DNA of 63,783 nucleotides, the filler included, from Neolecta irregularis DAH-3 (taxonomy: Eukaryota): NCBI GenBank assembly GCA_001929475.1. It is 28 parts of 28 records of this genome, joined end to end, with 100 filler letters (N's around TTAATTAATTAA, not from the genome) between each part and the next. Parts side by side here need not be neighbours in the genome. Positions count along the whole stretch, not along the records: positions 11,002 to 15,619 come from LXFE01001788.1; positions 15,720 to 17,565 come from LXFE01001796.1; positions 17,666 to 19,089 come from LXFE01001797.1; positions 19,190 to 21,309 come from LXFE01001801.1; positions 21,410 to 23,112 come from LXFE01001808.1; positions 23,213 to 25,588 come from LXFE01001810.1; 22 more parts are not named here. One strand, given 5' to 3'. Both the position numbers and the translations under genes were made by a program. Positions 12,226 through 24,068 of the stretch are shown here, one piece after another; position 1 is the first letter of the stretch; each line of letters begins with the position of its first letter. The notes beneath the pieces are model-generated. The model did no database searches and had not been told where the DNA came from. It saw only the letters and a list, made by a program, of their open reading frames with translations.

Positions 12226-13795
12226 TTAATAAGACTCGCTGATTCCAACTGATTCCTCCATAAAACTGCGACTATTTACCATGGAAGAATGTGCCATTTC
12301 ATCACTTTGATCGAGAAGTCTAGCACATGATTAGCCTTGAATAACAGATGCCATACGAGAATTGCTTGACCAGAACACATTCCCCGCCAAATTCGAGATC
12401 GACATTATACTGGTAGAAAAATCCTTCGCTTGTAACAACCATTATGCGAGGTTCCAGACTGGCTATCAAGCTATATTTTAAATGACCCATACCCGCTCAT
12501 AGCAACGATGCTTTTCACTCCAGAGTTTGGTAGTTTAATAAATGCAAAATCCCGCTGAGGTTCCCAAATTTCTTTCACACCGCTCGGGAGATAGGTGTTC
12601 ATTTGCGCTGCCAGACCCTTGCCAATACCTTGTGAGGCCTTTCGAACCATTCCTCTCATCCCACTCATATTCGAAGAGCCTGGATTTATACGTTTTTCGT
12701 CCTGCTCATTTCGAGATAGCGATTCGGGAGGTGATGTTGATCTTTTTCCAACTGATGAAGAATATCTTGCCTCGGTCCCATTTCCCAACGCAATGAGTCT
12801 AAAAATATGCACAGTTTCAGTATCAGAACTAACACATAATAGCGTTGAAGCGATGCTGAAATTCATGCTGTATATCTTTGCATACGAAGATCCTCTCCGA
12901 AACTGAAACAGCTTCGTGCCTTCAGGCACTGAAAAAACACGAATAACAGTCCCTTTGTCTGACGAGGTTGCGAGCATGGTTCCATCATTGTTAAATGCGA
13001 GACAAGATACTGGAGATTTATGAGCGTCTATCACATTGACAGGTTTCAGAGTTAAAGCGTCGAGAATGAGAACAGTGCCGTCTGGATTAGATGCCTGAGG
13101 TGAAACATGTGAGCTGTGCGAGGAAAGTGCTGGAGCGGCTGGATATGCGAGAAAACAATTATCCGCATGAGGCGATAAAGTACAGATTGCTGCTGTAAGC
13201 AGCGTTCGTAATCAAATATGCACCTCCAGGATTGGCTAAAGTGTCGACAGTATGCAGTAGCTTCATATTGCTTATATCGTAGATGTATATCTGGTCATCC
13301 AGAACAACTACCAGCCTCTTTCTGTTCATCTTTACGGCAAGGATAGTGGTAGGAAAGGTCAGTTCACAAATTACATATGGTTTCTTCTAGAGTGAGATCA
13401 TTCAAGGACCAATAGCATACTTTTGTATTGATAATTTGCATTTTTCGAGGAGAAAGGTTCGGTTGATCTCCTCCACCTACAAGGGCAACTAACGAAGTAC
13501 AGTACAGCATTTCTATAATTGCTGTAATGAATGAGCATTGCACTTTAGAAGATCTTACAAATTCCTCCATCTGCTGGGCATGTCAGCCTACTGGGTTCAC
13601 CAATAATACGTACTCTTTTGAAATAATCTCCCAAAAGGCTCGCAGTTGTATATCTTGAACCCTTGTTTGGTGCCGACGGACAAGCAACTAGCCTCATCAG
13701 CCTCTATGGTAGTTGTCGAGCAACAAGACATACCTGAAATCCTGATTGAAATTAACAAAATTGAATTCTGAGTTTCCCTTTCCTGAAAGATTCAT
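12226..13795 (-). CDS. ATG18: Autophagy PROPPIN Atg18 (multi-exon)
   Basis: NFVNFNQDF start, [49 protein letters not shown] lipid-binding motif, [19 protein letters not shown]. Confidence 0.95.
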
Positions 13796-14003
13796 TCTTG
13801 ATCCAGCAACGCTGATACGATAGTAACAGTCGAAGTTGAAATTGAAAATCACGTTTTTATTAATGATCGAGCCGTGCTCTTGAATGCTTTGCGAAGATTC
13901 AAGAACCCCTTTTTTCAAAACTGGCTCTGGAAGAGAGTATACGAAACGAAAGAGCTCGTTTCGGAAGTAAATTCTGTCGAAGTTAATCAATACGAGTTGC
14001 ACT

Positions 14004-14630
14004 ATGGTTCCTAATGACAGAGACGATCTAGCCGTACAAGGTATTCCATTTAATCGATAATGCAGTCTGATATATCCAAGGCACCAACGACCAGTCCATT
14101 CAGTCCAAGCGATAAGTCGAGATGGCTCGATACCCAACCTTTCATTCTGAGCCTTTTTATCGTTTCTTTGTGCCAAAGAAGAGGCCTAAAGTACGTTCGC
14201 CCCTTATCAATCGAGGATACTGGATACGGACTCGCGCTATTGAAATACTCTTAGATCAATTCCTGGCCGGAAAACCAGACGCAGTGATTGTTAACTTGGG
14301 ATGTGGATTGTAGGCTATAAATTGCCACAAGCGCTAATTGACAATCAAAGCGATCCCACACCATTCAAATACATTGCATCTGAGCGCTCAAATAATGCGA
14401 TCTTCATCGACTTGGACTTTCCGGAACTTATCGCGAAGAAAACCAACATGATTGTCGCATCAGAAAGGCTCAAGGAGATCATAAAGCTATCTACAAATCC
14501 TGTTGATGAAATCTGGACAAAACATTATATCGCAGCAGGATGTAATCTTCGTGATTTGAAAAGACTGGACAATATTCTTTGCAAATCCAGCGTTGCGTCG
14601 AATCCAGTTCTAGGTAAGTTTTTTCTATAG
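14004..14630 (+). pseudogene. PPM2: Truncated leucine carboxyl methyltransferase 2 (PPM2/TYW4-like) with in-frame stop
   Basis: DLAVQ|GTNDQSIQSKR*VE (TAA 14113-14115 where SKRSVE is conserved), RSPLINRGYWIR, VNLGCG, FIDLDFPELIAKK. Breaks off at ~14612 against a TE remnant. Confidence 0.75.
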
Positions 14631-15019
14631 CGCCATGGTTCAGATCTTGATGAGCCTTTCAAATCCAATTGTATGCACTATTGGTAGTAACCTGAACTTT
14701 ATCACTTGCATGGGTTTTGTTTGCTGCTGAAAGATGTAAAAGATAGCCTTCATTGTTAATTCAGTAACTGGTTTTTTGCCTGGTATCTCTCATAGTGTTG
14801 AGATTTATACTCATCTGTACCAATCTCCTGCTTATTAGGAATAGGCTCTTGTGGGAATTGTATATAGTGCTTGTATTGATTGTACTGTAGGGGAACAAAA
14901 ATGATTGGTCTCATTGAATTGGCCACCTAGTTCTCCAGGTACTGCTCAAATGCTTTAATAGTCTTGTCTGTGAATAGTGTTTCTGGTTCTCTTTGAGGTG
15001 GCTCATGGATAACAGGCAT
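14613..15019 (-). mobile_element. Decayed integrase-type (H2C2 zinc-binding) element remnant
   Basis: Minus-strand translation with stops ending ...YNWI*KAHQDLNHGAIEKTY, like the N-terminal HH part of integrase H2C2 domains. Nearly free of CpG. Confidence 0.45.
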
Positions 15020-15554
15020 CTAGGTGGGTATAAGCAAAGTGTTGGAGTGGTAGTGGTGGCGGTGGTTATTTCCCTTTATATTTCGCGCATTTTATTATTC
15101 GCGGATTTTATTATTCACGCGGAACACATCCTTTCACAATAGAATTTTGGAATGATGACCCAGAATGATTTCATTGGCGTCTTATCCTCCATCAAGGAGA
15201 TATTATATCTACAATCATTGTCCGCTCAACAGCCCAAGAAACGACCGGCCAAGTTGAACGAAGATATTGCCATCATCGCTCAAGATTTTCGGATTCTAGA
15301 ATAGTTAATGGACGTTATAGCTGTCACGTGTTTTCATCGCTGTTGAGGATATCTAGAAGGATATAGGGCTCTGGCTTCATTATGATGAACATAGCCCTCA
15401 TTCGTGATCACACCCATGTTAAAATTAAGTCATAGCAAACATTCTCGTTCAACTGCATGGTGAAAAAGAGTTTCGGCTATATCCACCATCGGATGTTAAA
15501 AACTTATATTTCCAATCACAACAGACACCATAATCTATACCAGACGTGTTCCAC

Positions 15555-15619
15555 TGTAAGGGTATATCCCGGCTATTACCCGGATATACCCATACCAATA
15601 CAGCAAGTGGCGGAAAGGG
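15555..15619. mobile_element. LTR terminus TGTAAGGGTATA..., same family as 53536-53600
   Basis: Near-identical ~65 nt to 53536-53600, starting at TG and running into a gap. Confidence 0.6.
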
Positions 15620-15719
15620 NNNNNNNNNNNNNNNNNNNNNNNNNNNNNNNNNNNNNNNNNNNNTTAATTAATTAANNNNNNNNNNNNNNNNNNNNNNNNN
15701 NNNNNNNNNNNNNNNNNNN

Positions 15720-16010
15720 CATTTCACCGAGACCGGAACGCCAAGCGCCTCTGGATGTCTCAAGAAGCCTCAAATTGCATTTTCATGCCCCCATTCAGAA
15801 GTATTCGTGTCGATAGAGTCAGCCATTGGTCTTTTCGTGCACATTTCACCGAGACCGGAACGCCAAGCGCCTGTGGATGTCTCAAGAAGCATCAAATTGC
15901 ATTTTCATGTCCCCATTCAGAAGTATTCGTGTCGACAGAGTCAGCCATTGGTCTTTTCATGCCCATTTCACCGAGACCGGAACGCCAAGCGCCTCTGCAT
16001 GTCTCAAGAA
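15720..16010. repeat. 122-bp tandem repeat (at least 2.4 copies)
   Basis: ATTTCACCGAGACCGGAACGCCAAGCGCC recurs at 15721, 15843 and 15965. Confidence 0.95.
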
Positions 16011-16138
16011 GGGTTGACAGAGAAAACAAGGCTTTTCTTTTCTTATTAAATAGCAGACCTGTCGCCCACTAAGGAAACAGGCTTTTAAACAACCTAAAAC
16101 CAAACCCTTCCCTCAAGCGAGTCAGTTTAACCTATATT

Positions 16139-17509
16139 ATGTTGACAAAGCTCTTCTTGCTGATCGTACTTGCCGCGAACGTTATTTGCACTGCATCTGA
16201 TCTCGATCATTTCGATATATCTAATGATTTTTGGAACGACGAAAATCTAGCTTTTATCGGTCAAGCAGCCCCAATGTGGCACGCGACAATGTCCAGCGAA
16301 GGTGTAATAGTTGCATGTGCAAGGCAATGCTACCTAGATAAGTATATCTGCAATTCGTTCATCGTAATGCGCAATGCACTCAATCAACACGAATGTCTGA
16401 CATTTGGCACCTCTTCAAAAGAATTGATACCTCAGTCGTCACTCCCTGTTACTAATAAGGTGGTAGCAGTATACAAGTTTGCACCTGATATTGAGTAGAA
16501 AGTCTGATATTCTAGTATTCGTGCACAACGAACACATTCTCTCAAAGATATTTCTTTGGATTTCCGATCTAAATCAGGAGAAGAATCAGGAGAAAAGTGG
16601 GCCAATGATATTTTAGCAAAATATGGGGGAGCTTCAGTATTCGATTCACAGATGATAAAAACTTTCTACATCCCTCTTTTACTATCGTGCAGGGACATTG
16701 TAATGAAACCCATCGGATCGAAGATATTTAAGGATCCTATTCCGTCAAATGTCAACGGTCAACAAAAGGGCCGCACCGACAATGGCGAGCCAATTCCCAA
16801 ACACCGCAAAACAGATCAGGAACCCCTAGGACTGTCATGTACTCAAGTGTTGAGGACGGACCTAGGTTCATGGACCGTGCCGTCGAAAAGATGCTCTTCC
16901 CAAAAGTGCCTTTCCATTATGGCAATGACTTTTCTACAAATATTCACCGAGAATATTCACGAAGACACTATTTTGAGATGGTTTTCAGGGGAATTCTCGG
17001 CTGTACTGATTAGAAGAAATGATCTGCAGGTACTCATTGGTATCCCTTATATCGGAGTGTATATTATCATATGGGGCCGTCCTGGTACGCAAACCGCCAG
17101 CGTATTCAATATTTATTCGGACAACCTTGCCGAAGCTGTGTGGAAAAAAGCTTTCCAACATTATTCAAAACAATTTTTACGAGAAACAACTGAACTTGGC
17201 TACACATATTCTATTGAGGATTCTAAATTCGGCGATCCTGGCTCTCGTATTTTCAAACATCAGTCTTTTGAAATATTGACAACAAAACTTGTTCTAACGG
17301 TGGCAGACTTGGTCATGCATCCTCATCAATCCGTACGTACTGATTTTGTTGTACCGACACCTGCTGTAGCATTCTTTCGCGATCTTATGGCAATCGTGGT
17401 CTCTGATGTAGATGGGAAGTACCTGAAATCCAGTTCATTTAGATCTAAACTCAACGAAAGCCAATTACGAACAAAGAGTACGGATATAACCATTAAAACC
17501 CAGCTATGA
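16139..17509 (+). CDS. Secreted PAN/Apple-like + unknown-domain family, member A (2 exons)
   Basis: Signal peptide MLTKLFLLIVLAANVICTA; CARQC...CNSF...C. Intron 16477-16515 joins in frame to ORF 16556-17509 (WANDILAKYG ... FFRDLMAIVVSDVDGK). Confidence 0.75.
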
Positions 17510-19189
17510 TACTTGAGAATAGAAATGGGAGCCAGATGATGTTTGTTTGCAATTTTGTATACCAANNNNNNNNNNNNNNNNNNNNNNNNNNNNNNNNNNN
17601 NNNNNNNNNTTAATTAATTAANNNNNNNNNNNNNNNNNNNNNNNNNNNNNNNNNNNNNNNNNNNNACCATTCCCTATTCTACGACCTTAAGACTCAGCGG
17701 AGTATAGACCAGACCGGTCAAGTACTCACAGCCTAGGAGGATATTCGGGGCAAATGGGAGGCTAGAAGCAGTAACTGTTTCCCAAAAGCAGATTAGATTG
17801 AGGTACGAGGGTTGCCTTCGAAAAAAGGATGAGGAACACGTTCTTGATGTGGCGAAGCTGGGGGAAATTGGGCATCCTTGTAAAAAGGCGGACTTACTTT
17901 CATTCTGCATGCGGACTGTACTTTAGAGATCCCTCTGAATAAAGAGACTGGCGATTGGTAATAGGTCGTGGAGCAGGAAGCGGTGACATATTTGTGGGAA
18001 GATATTCAGGTCGGGAAAAATAACTGCTAGAAGGAGTAGTAGCCGGAGTCGAAGCCATCTGACTCTTCCTGGGGCTCAACCCTGAATCAGAAGCAGATGC
18101 GAGAGACGTGGTTGCTGGGGAACTATCACTGCCTCGTTGTTTGCGGCAATGCAGGGCAATGAACTTGAAAAACTGGAGGAGTACGTAGAGCTCGTTCATG
18201 ATGAGGCACAGAATGGAGGTGGAATGGAAAGATACGGCAATGGATCTCTGTGGCAGTTTGCTCCAAGGTGAAAAAGAAAAGATCATTGTCTGCGGGTTTT
18301 TTATTTCCTAGTGCTGTGACGCTGGTGTAGAAAGAGAGATTGATATCTGCTGGATGCGTCCTAGAGCTTTCTCGAAAGCGGAAAATAGGGTTGAGGGTGA
18401 GACACGCGATAGATAAGTGTTCAGAACAAGTGTAAATTTCACTCGCTCTACAACAAGCCCTGCTCCAGCCTCAGGTCCCAAGACATTGGACCGCAGTGGA
18501 GTGCCACCTTCTGCGTCAGAGAGTGGAACACTAAGGTTGCATGACAAGTAGTCATTAGAAATTTATGAGACAGATATTTAAGAGGCCGAAAGCAGTAATA
18601 TATAAAACCTAGGTGTCTCGCCTCATACTTCTAGTATTTCACAGCCTCTCCTTACACCTCGACCTTTACATGAACATGTTGTTTGCATGGTATTGCGTCA
18701 CTTGAAACTTGTGCTTATTCTCGCAGGTCCGTATGGTTTGTTGCCTTTGCGGTTTTTCATCTTGCTGCATCACATCAGCCTGAAGAAACATCGCTCGTGG
18801 TCGAAAAACCTGTACAACAAATAGTAGACGAGTGGAAACTCTTTTTCGAAAATAAACCTAAATTAGGCCTTCCCATTTGTGCACCGGCAGCTTTCAAATC
18901 TATCAAAGATCTGTACGGAACTCCCTTCTTGTTCGTTGCACTCGTTTTAGATGGATGTCATCCTCGTCGTGAACCTGAGAGTCCGAATCTCCCATACACG
19001 ACTTGCGATTCCCGTCGCCACAGGTTAAAAGATTCTGCAAAGGAATTGGTGAATATCTGCACTCTTGATTGCACTAATCTGCTAGTACANNNNNNNNNNN
19101 NNNNNNNNNNNNNNNNNNNNNNNNNNNNNNNNNTTAATTAATTAANNNNNNNNNNNNNNNNNNNNNNNNNNNNNNNNNNNNNNNNNNNN

Positions 19190-19570
19190 GACTTTGCGCC
19201 GGCTGACTTTGCGCCGGCTGACTTTACACGGCCGGCAAGCCCCTCGCGCACGCTGCCGCCTCTCAATTTCCCCTGCTCAAACCCAGACTCCCGCCTCAGC
19301 AGCATCAACACGATCCTCCACCCCTCGCCCCCGCTGTCTCGCTCCTCCACAAATCCGCCCCATTCCCCAGCTTCGTCCTCTGAAGAACGCAGCAAATACC
19401 TCAACCAGAGGATCCATGAAAAGACCCTGCTGCATGACAGGCAGCGCGATCTCCACGAGCAGTGCGTGCACCTCCAAATGCTCCTCACAGACTCTCAATC
19501 GAAACTCGAGACTTGCAAGAAACAGCTAGACATCGTAGAATTAGACATCCGCGCCGCAGCTGTGCCTTAG
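19190..19570 (+). CDS. 3' fragment of a hypothetical protein (Pro/Ser-rich, then coiled coil)
   Basis: Open frame from the gap: FAPADFAPADF...SEERSKYLNQRIHEKTLLHDRQRDLHEQCVHLQMLL...AVP*. Confidence 0.45.
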   Translation, partial: DFAPADFAPADFTRPASPSRTLPPLNFPCSNPDSRLSSINTILHPSPPLSRSSTNPPHSPASSSEERSKYLNQRIHEKTLLHDRQRDLHEQCVHLQMLLTDSQSKLETCKKQLDIVELDIRAAAVP

Positions 19571-19734
19571 TGTCCATGAAAATTGCTTCCAGGGGTTTGG
19601 CCGTGGGATATTTAATTTATCCAATAAAAGTGCAATGTCATAGTTAGATTTCATTATTGAACCACTTCGTCTATATCTGGTTTATTTTTATTTCGACCAC
19701 CTTTGTCGATAAATCTCGTTTTTATACAACTGGT

Positions 19735-20532
19735 CTATAAATCTACAGTCGGTTTAGATTTCAGTTTCTTGGTCATCCGCTCTGCAGATCTATTCGAAAA
19801 ATGGTTGCCATATATTTCCAACACCATGGGCAAGTCTCCTTCATTCCCAAACTCCAACTCGAATCGAAAGACGGAATTTTCCTTGGGCACCGCTGCAATG
19901 TCAGCACTCTCTAGTCAACAACCTACTAATCATCTTGTCTTGTTTGGTAACCAGGACAAACGTCCCCTTTGTCTCTTTAATGCAAATACCACAAACGCCA
20001 ACGCGACTCGGACACTTTGATTTCACGACAGATAGAATAGACCCATGATAATCTGCTTTGACCATCTTTTGTGCAACAGTAGTCGGGCAAGGTAACCCTC
20101 CTAATATCTCCTTCATATATCCTTTCCACAACTCATGCAAACCACTATACAAAACATACCTATGCATCAGCCCCTCCCTCTAATCTCCTACTTTTGCGCA
20201 TCTTTCGGAATTTCATGCACTTGCAACGCACGTTTCTCTCTCGCGCTCAACGGTCTAGGTTTCCGTTTTCTAGATAATTCTTGTCGACGCTTTTTTCTAC
20301 GTTCGTGGCGTTTATCAACTGTCGGATGTAAAAATAATGGCTTATCTTTGATTTTCTCCGTATATATTCTCTGCGCAATATCTAAAGGCAACCTTTTTCG
20401 TAATAATTCAAGTGGAGCGGAATGGCTTTCTGAAGGGGGATGTACCAATTCGTCAGGCGGGCTGCATTCGTAAGGCGGGCGTATGCAGTAAGGCGGGCGT
20501 ATGCATTCGTAAAGTGGGTCTGTGGTTTTCAT
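19735..20532 (-). CDS. POP4: RNase P/MRP subunit p29 (3 exons)
   Basis: KPRPLSAREKRAL, LHELWKGYMKEIL, KADYHGSILSVVKSKCPSRVGVCGI, VPKENSVFRF...IYGNHFSNRSAER. Confidence 0.92.
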
Positions 20533-21409
20533 GTTCAATTTTTCGATTCGCGTATTGGGTGCGCTTTGCAACCACTTTTTAGCCCGATGATGAACCACGT
20601 TTGGCGCACCAAATTTCATGAAAATAGTCAATGTCAAATTTGAATTTAACACCTGTTTACATAAAATATCTTTTCAACATATTCTTGCACTGCCCTGCGC
20701 GCCACCACCCAAAATGGTTGTCACATGTTAGGGGCATGGATTTGGCCCTTCTACAACACTGGGCCCACCGTTATCAGCTCTCAAGCACGATTCCAATCTA
20801 ACGAATGCTAGATACATACCATGGCATCTGAGAGTGGAATGTTTTTGCAGTAGATTCTCTGGTAGATCCTTTCAGTACAAAACTTTGCTTTATTTCTTAT
20901 TCTTCCATCCAGTCCAAGTTGTAAATCATCAACCAGCATCAGTTCTACCTCTAGCTCTGGATAACAAAGTCTATATAATTTTCTGTTTCAATCGAGATTT
21001 TCAAGTCCAATCAGATTTGGAAATTTAGTCTGACTGTGTGAAAATAGTAACATCCGAAAATTTCATCGTTGGATGTAATGTAGAAGTCACCAAAGAATAA
21101 AGTTTCTCAACTGTATTTAACAAAAGCCTCCTTTTGTAGAACTGATCTGTAATTGGAGGTAACTTGTAAATCTGAGGTTTCGACATTGCATAGGTCCATA
21201 TCCAACTCGATAAAGGTCTGTGATTCTCGTTCGGGAGTATTTCCTTACGTGACAAACGTCGTGTGTACAATGACCATAGTCCAACCAAAGGATCATCACC
21301 AAAATCGACNNNNNNNNNNNNNNNNNNNNNNNNNNNNNNNNNNNNNNNNNNNNTTAATTAATTAANNNNNNNNNNNNNNNNNNNNNNNNNNNNNNNNNNN
21401 NNNNNNNNN

Positions 21410-21700
21410 TAAGTCAGATATTTCAACAGAAATCAAGAACCTGGCACTTGAGCGAGTGCAAGCACAGGAAGACCATAACGCCTTAATAAAAGGCAAGGCA
21501 ACTGAGACCGGACAGAGAGTGGTCAGCTTGAAAATGAACATTCCGGCATTACCAACATTCCCGGGCAAGGATAAGTCAGTCCGAGCAACACAAGGATGGT
21601 TGAGCTTGACTCAACGCATAGTGAAGCTGCGCAAACTTGAACCAGATAATCTCCTGGTTCAAGATATAGCATGCTCTCTGACAGTCGGATCTTTCTATAA
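21410..21700 (+). mobile_element. Ty3/gypsy gag fragment
   Basis: MNIPALPTFPGKDKSVRATQGWL...IACSLT resembles the capsid N-terminal 'P.F.G...W' pattern. Truncated. Confidence 0.4.
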
Positions 21701-21908
21701 ACGAACGACCTATAAACCCGTCTCTACTATGAGATTCTTGTGTCTTTTGTTGATTAGTTCCGAATTCGTTTCCCTGAGCAGTTCTTGCGATTCCACCGTG
21801 AAATCGAGTGTATTCCGACCGGGCTAGAGCACTCTTGCTGGGGTTCTCTAGCTGAGCGGCGTATCTAACCATAGCGAATACTAGACGAGGGAGACTGTGC
21901 GGGGGGGT

Positions 21909-22160
21909 TCATAGGCGAGCAAGGTTCTGGATGAGAATGGCGGGCTGGAAGATGGCGGCGAGGCTAGCGGGGGTCATGCGGTTGGAGGCGAAGACGGCGA
22001 GCAGATCGAGGATGTAGAGCAGCAGCTGGCGGTGCGCGGTGGGCAGTGCGCGGATGACGCGCCGGCACTCGAAGACGCGGCTGTGGTAGTCGAGCGCGGC
22101 GTTGCCCAGCGGGGCACGTATGGCGGCGTAATGGTCAGCAGGCACAGCGACTCCGCGTAA
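21909..22160 (-). pseudogene. RhoGAP domain fragment (Sac7/Bag7/Rga5-like)
   Basis: RALPTAHRQLLLYILDLLAVFAS-NRMTPASLAAIFQPAIL, with an apparent internal deletion before NRM and no rest of gene. Confidence 0.7.
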
Positions 22161-22358
22161 CGGTCAGCGGGCACAGCGACTCCGGGCGGCGGAGGCGGGG
22201 GAAACCGGTGGGCGCAAGCGAGGCGGCAGCGCGAGGAAAGGCAGCAGCGGGTCTGGCGCGGCGTGGACCCGAGGGCAACCGGGATGCGGTGCAGGGCAAG
22301 GTGCGCGCCAAGCTGCAGGCTGGCGGGACTGTCGGGGCTGATGTCGCCGAGCTGTGAG

Positions 22359-22435
22359 CAGTGTTGTGGACGGCCATGGGCCGGGCCCAGAACAAAGCCC
22401 GGCCCATCGGCCATCGGCCAAGACGGGCCTATTAA
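22359..22435 (+). mobile_element. hAT/MITE-like terminus CAGTGTTG with GGGCC/GGCCC subterminal motifs
   Basis: Similar to the TIR end at 47493-47571. Confidence 0.4.
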
Positions 22436-22569
22436 CATAAAAGCCAAACGGTAGACAAGAGATAAAACACTGTTGGAATACAAAGTTAGATAAAACACAG
22501 TTGGAATACAAAGTTGAGGAAGTCTTGCTTGACTGAAAAAACAAAACCTAGCCTAGCACCGTCGATTGA

Positions 22570-22692
22570 TTAGAGTTGGATATGGAACATGGTATCCAAA
22601 ACCGAATAGCTTACCACCCCGGTGGGTAGGCCGGCCGTTGCGACGCTTGAGAGAGCGAGTACGATGGAAATTATAGCGACTTGATAGTTCAT
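22570..22692 (-). CDS. Possible small secreted protein, first exon
   Basis: Signal peptide MNYQVAIISIVLALSSVATA; TATA-like TATATAAA ~40 nt upstream; GTAAGC donor after GLPTGV. Confidence 0.45.
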   Translation of the reverse strand: MNYQVAIISIVLALSSVATAGLPTGVVSYSVLDTMFHIQL

Positions 22693-22756
22693 GTTTAATT
22701 GTTCCTCCACACTCCATTGGCAGCCCTTTATATAATATTTTCGTAATCTCCGTGGC

Positions 22757-23112
22757 GGAAGTTCTGCGGCTCCTACCAGCCAGACTAGGGACATAAATCC
22801 TGATTCAGAAAACAACGTTATCAAATCGGGTATTTATTTCTGTAAGAGGTTAAAAAATAGGTGATGAAACCTAACTACTTCCGTGAAGGAAGAATTGCGG
22901 CTCCTCCCAGCCCGATAAGGAAACAGAAATCTAATCCGGAAAACAACGTTATCAAATCGGGTATTTATTTCTGTAAGAGGTTAAAAGATAGGTGTGGTGA
23001 AACCTAACTTTCTCCGTCCGAAAGAATTTCGGCACCTCCCAGCCGAACAATGGAACAGTGAAACCTAACTACCTCCGTGAAGGAAGAATTGCGGCTCCTC
23101 CCAGCCCGACAA
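22757..23112. repeat. ~131-bp degenerate tandem repeat
   Basis: AACAACGTTATCAAATCGGGTATTTATTTCTGTAAGAGGTTAAAA at 22811 and 22942; recurring GAAACCTAACT...GCGGCTCCTCCCAGCCC. Confidence 0.85.
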
Positions 23113-23212
23113 NNNNNNNNNNNNNNNNNNNNNNNNNNNNNNNNNNNNNNNNNNNNTTAATTAATTAANNNNNNNNNNNNNNNNNNNNNNNNNNNNNNNN
23201 NNNNNNNNNNNN

Positions 23213-23278
23213 ATCACGATAATATTTTCACTTTTTTATATTGGGAATATCGTATCGTTTATATTATTGCCAACACTG
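23213..23278. mobile_element. hAT-type MITE end (TTGCCAACACTG)
   Basis: 12-nt terminus identical to 47560-47571. Confidence 0.5.
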
Positions 23279-23449
23279 CAATGAACAAGTCTAATATCTC
23301 AATAGATACAAAGTGAGAATAGTTAGTTATGGTGGTGAGCAAGCTATTTAAATAAAGGAAGGTCCCTCATTGACATGTGCTATGCGACATCATATTAATG
23401 TTGTACAATATTACACCAACATTACACCATGTTGTACCATGTAATACCA

Positions 23450-23715
23450 TGTAGGACAAAGTAATAGAAATGTAGTAAGCATATATGAGCTTATATGCTT
23501 ACACAGTCCCTATTATACCAAGTTCAGTAAGTTTTGGTAACTTCGCACAACTCCCTTAGTTATTATATCTCATCTGAGTTTTCTCGGCTACACTGTCATA
23601 CCAAGTTTATCTGAGGTTTATTGGATCAGTTCCTATTATACCAAGTTTAGTAAGTTTTGGTAACTTTGCATAACTCAGTTAGTTATTATATCACATCTGT
23701 GTTATTTTGCCTACA
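23450..23715 (+). mobile_element. Solo LTR (TGTAGG...CCTACA)
   Basis: Inverted 6-nt termini. Internal direct repeat (23508-23572 vs 23631-23697). Homologous to the LTR at 48265-48388. Confidence 0.8.
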
Positions 23716-24068
23716 ATGTTCAATTCCATTTATGCATTTTGAGTTTTTTTGATATAAACATCAATGGATATTCCTGACAATCCTCCCCTAGCTGTGACAG
23801 TCTGGCACCAATTCCTATACCAGAAGCATTACAAGTGAATACTGATGGTTTCTCAGGGTCATATCACACTAATACAGGGGTTGAGGTAACCTTAACCTTT
23901 AGAGTTTCAAATGCCCTTTCTTGATCAACACCCCATGTCCAGGGGATATCTTTCTGAGTAAGCTCTGATAAAGGTGCGCCGATCATCACAAAGTTACTGA
24001 CAAACCCTTGATTGTATTTAGCAAGGCCCAAGAATCCTTGGACATCTTTGATGGTTTTCAGGGCTGGT
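23716..24068 (-). mobile_element. Decayed Ty3/gypsy pol fragment (RT connection / RNase H-like)
   Basis: KDVQGFLGLAKYNQGFVSNF..IGAPLSELTQKDIPWTWGVDQERAFETLK..TSTPVL...CNASGIGIGARLSQ, with stops. Confidence 0.85.

Noticed and set aside
15720-16010. CRISPR-like array
   Set aside because: Whole units are repeated, there are no unique spacers or cas genes, and the context is eukaryotic.
17666-19089. Several mid-length ORFs
   Set aside because: No recognisable domain or coherent gene model.
20820-21309. Minus-strand ORF fragment, faintly hAT-like
   Set aside because: Similarity too weak to support a call.
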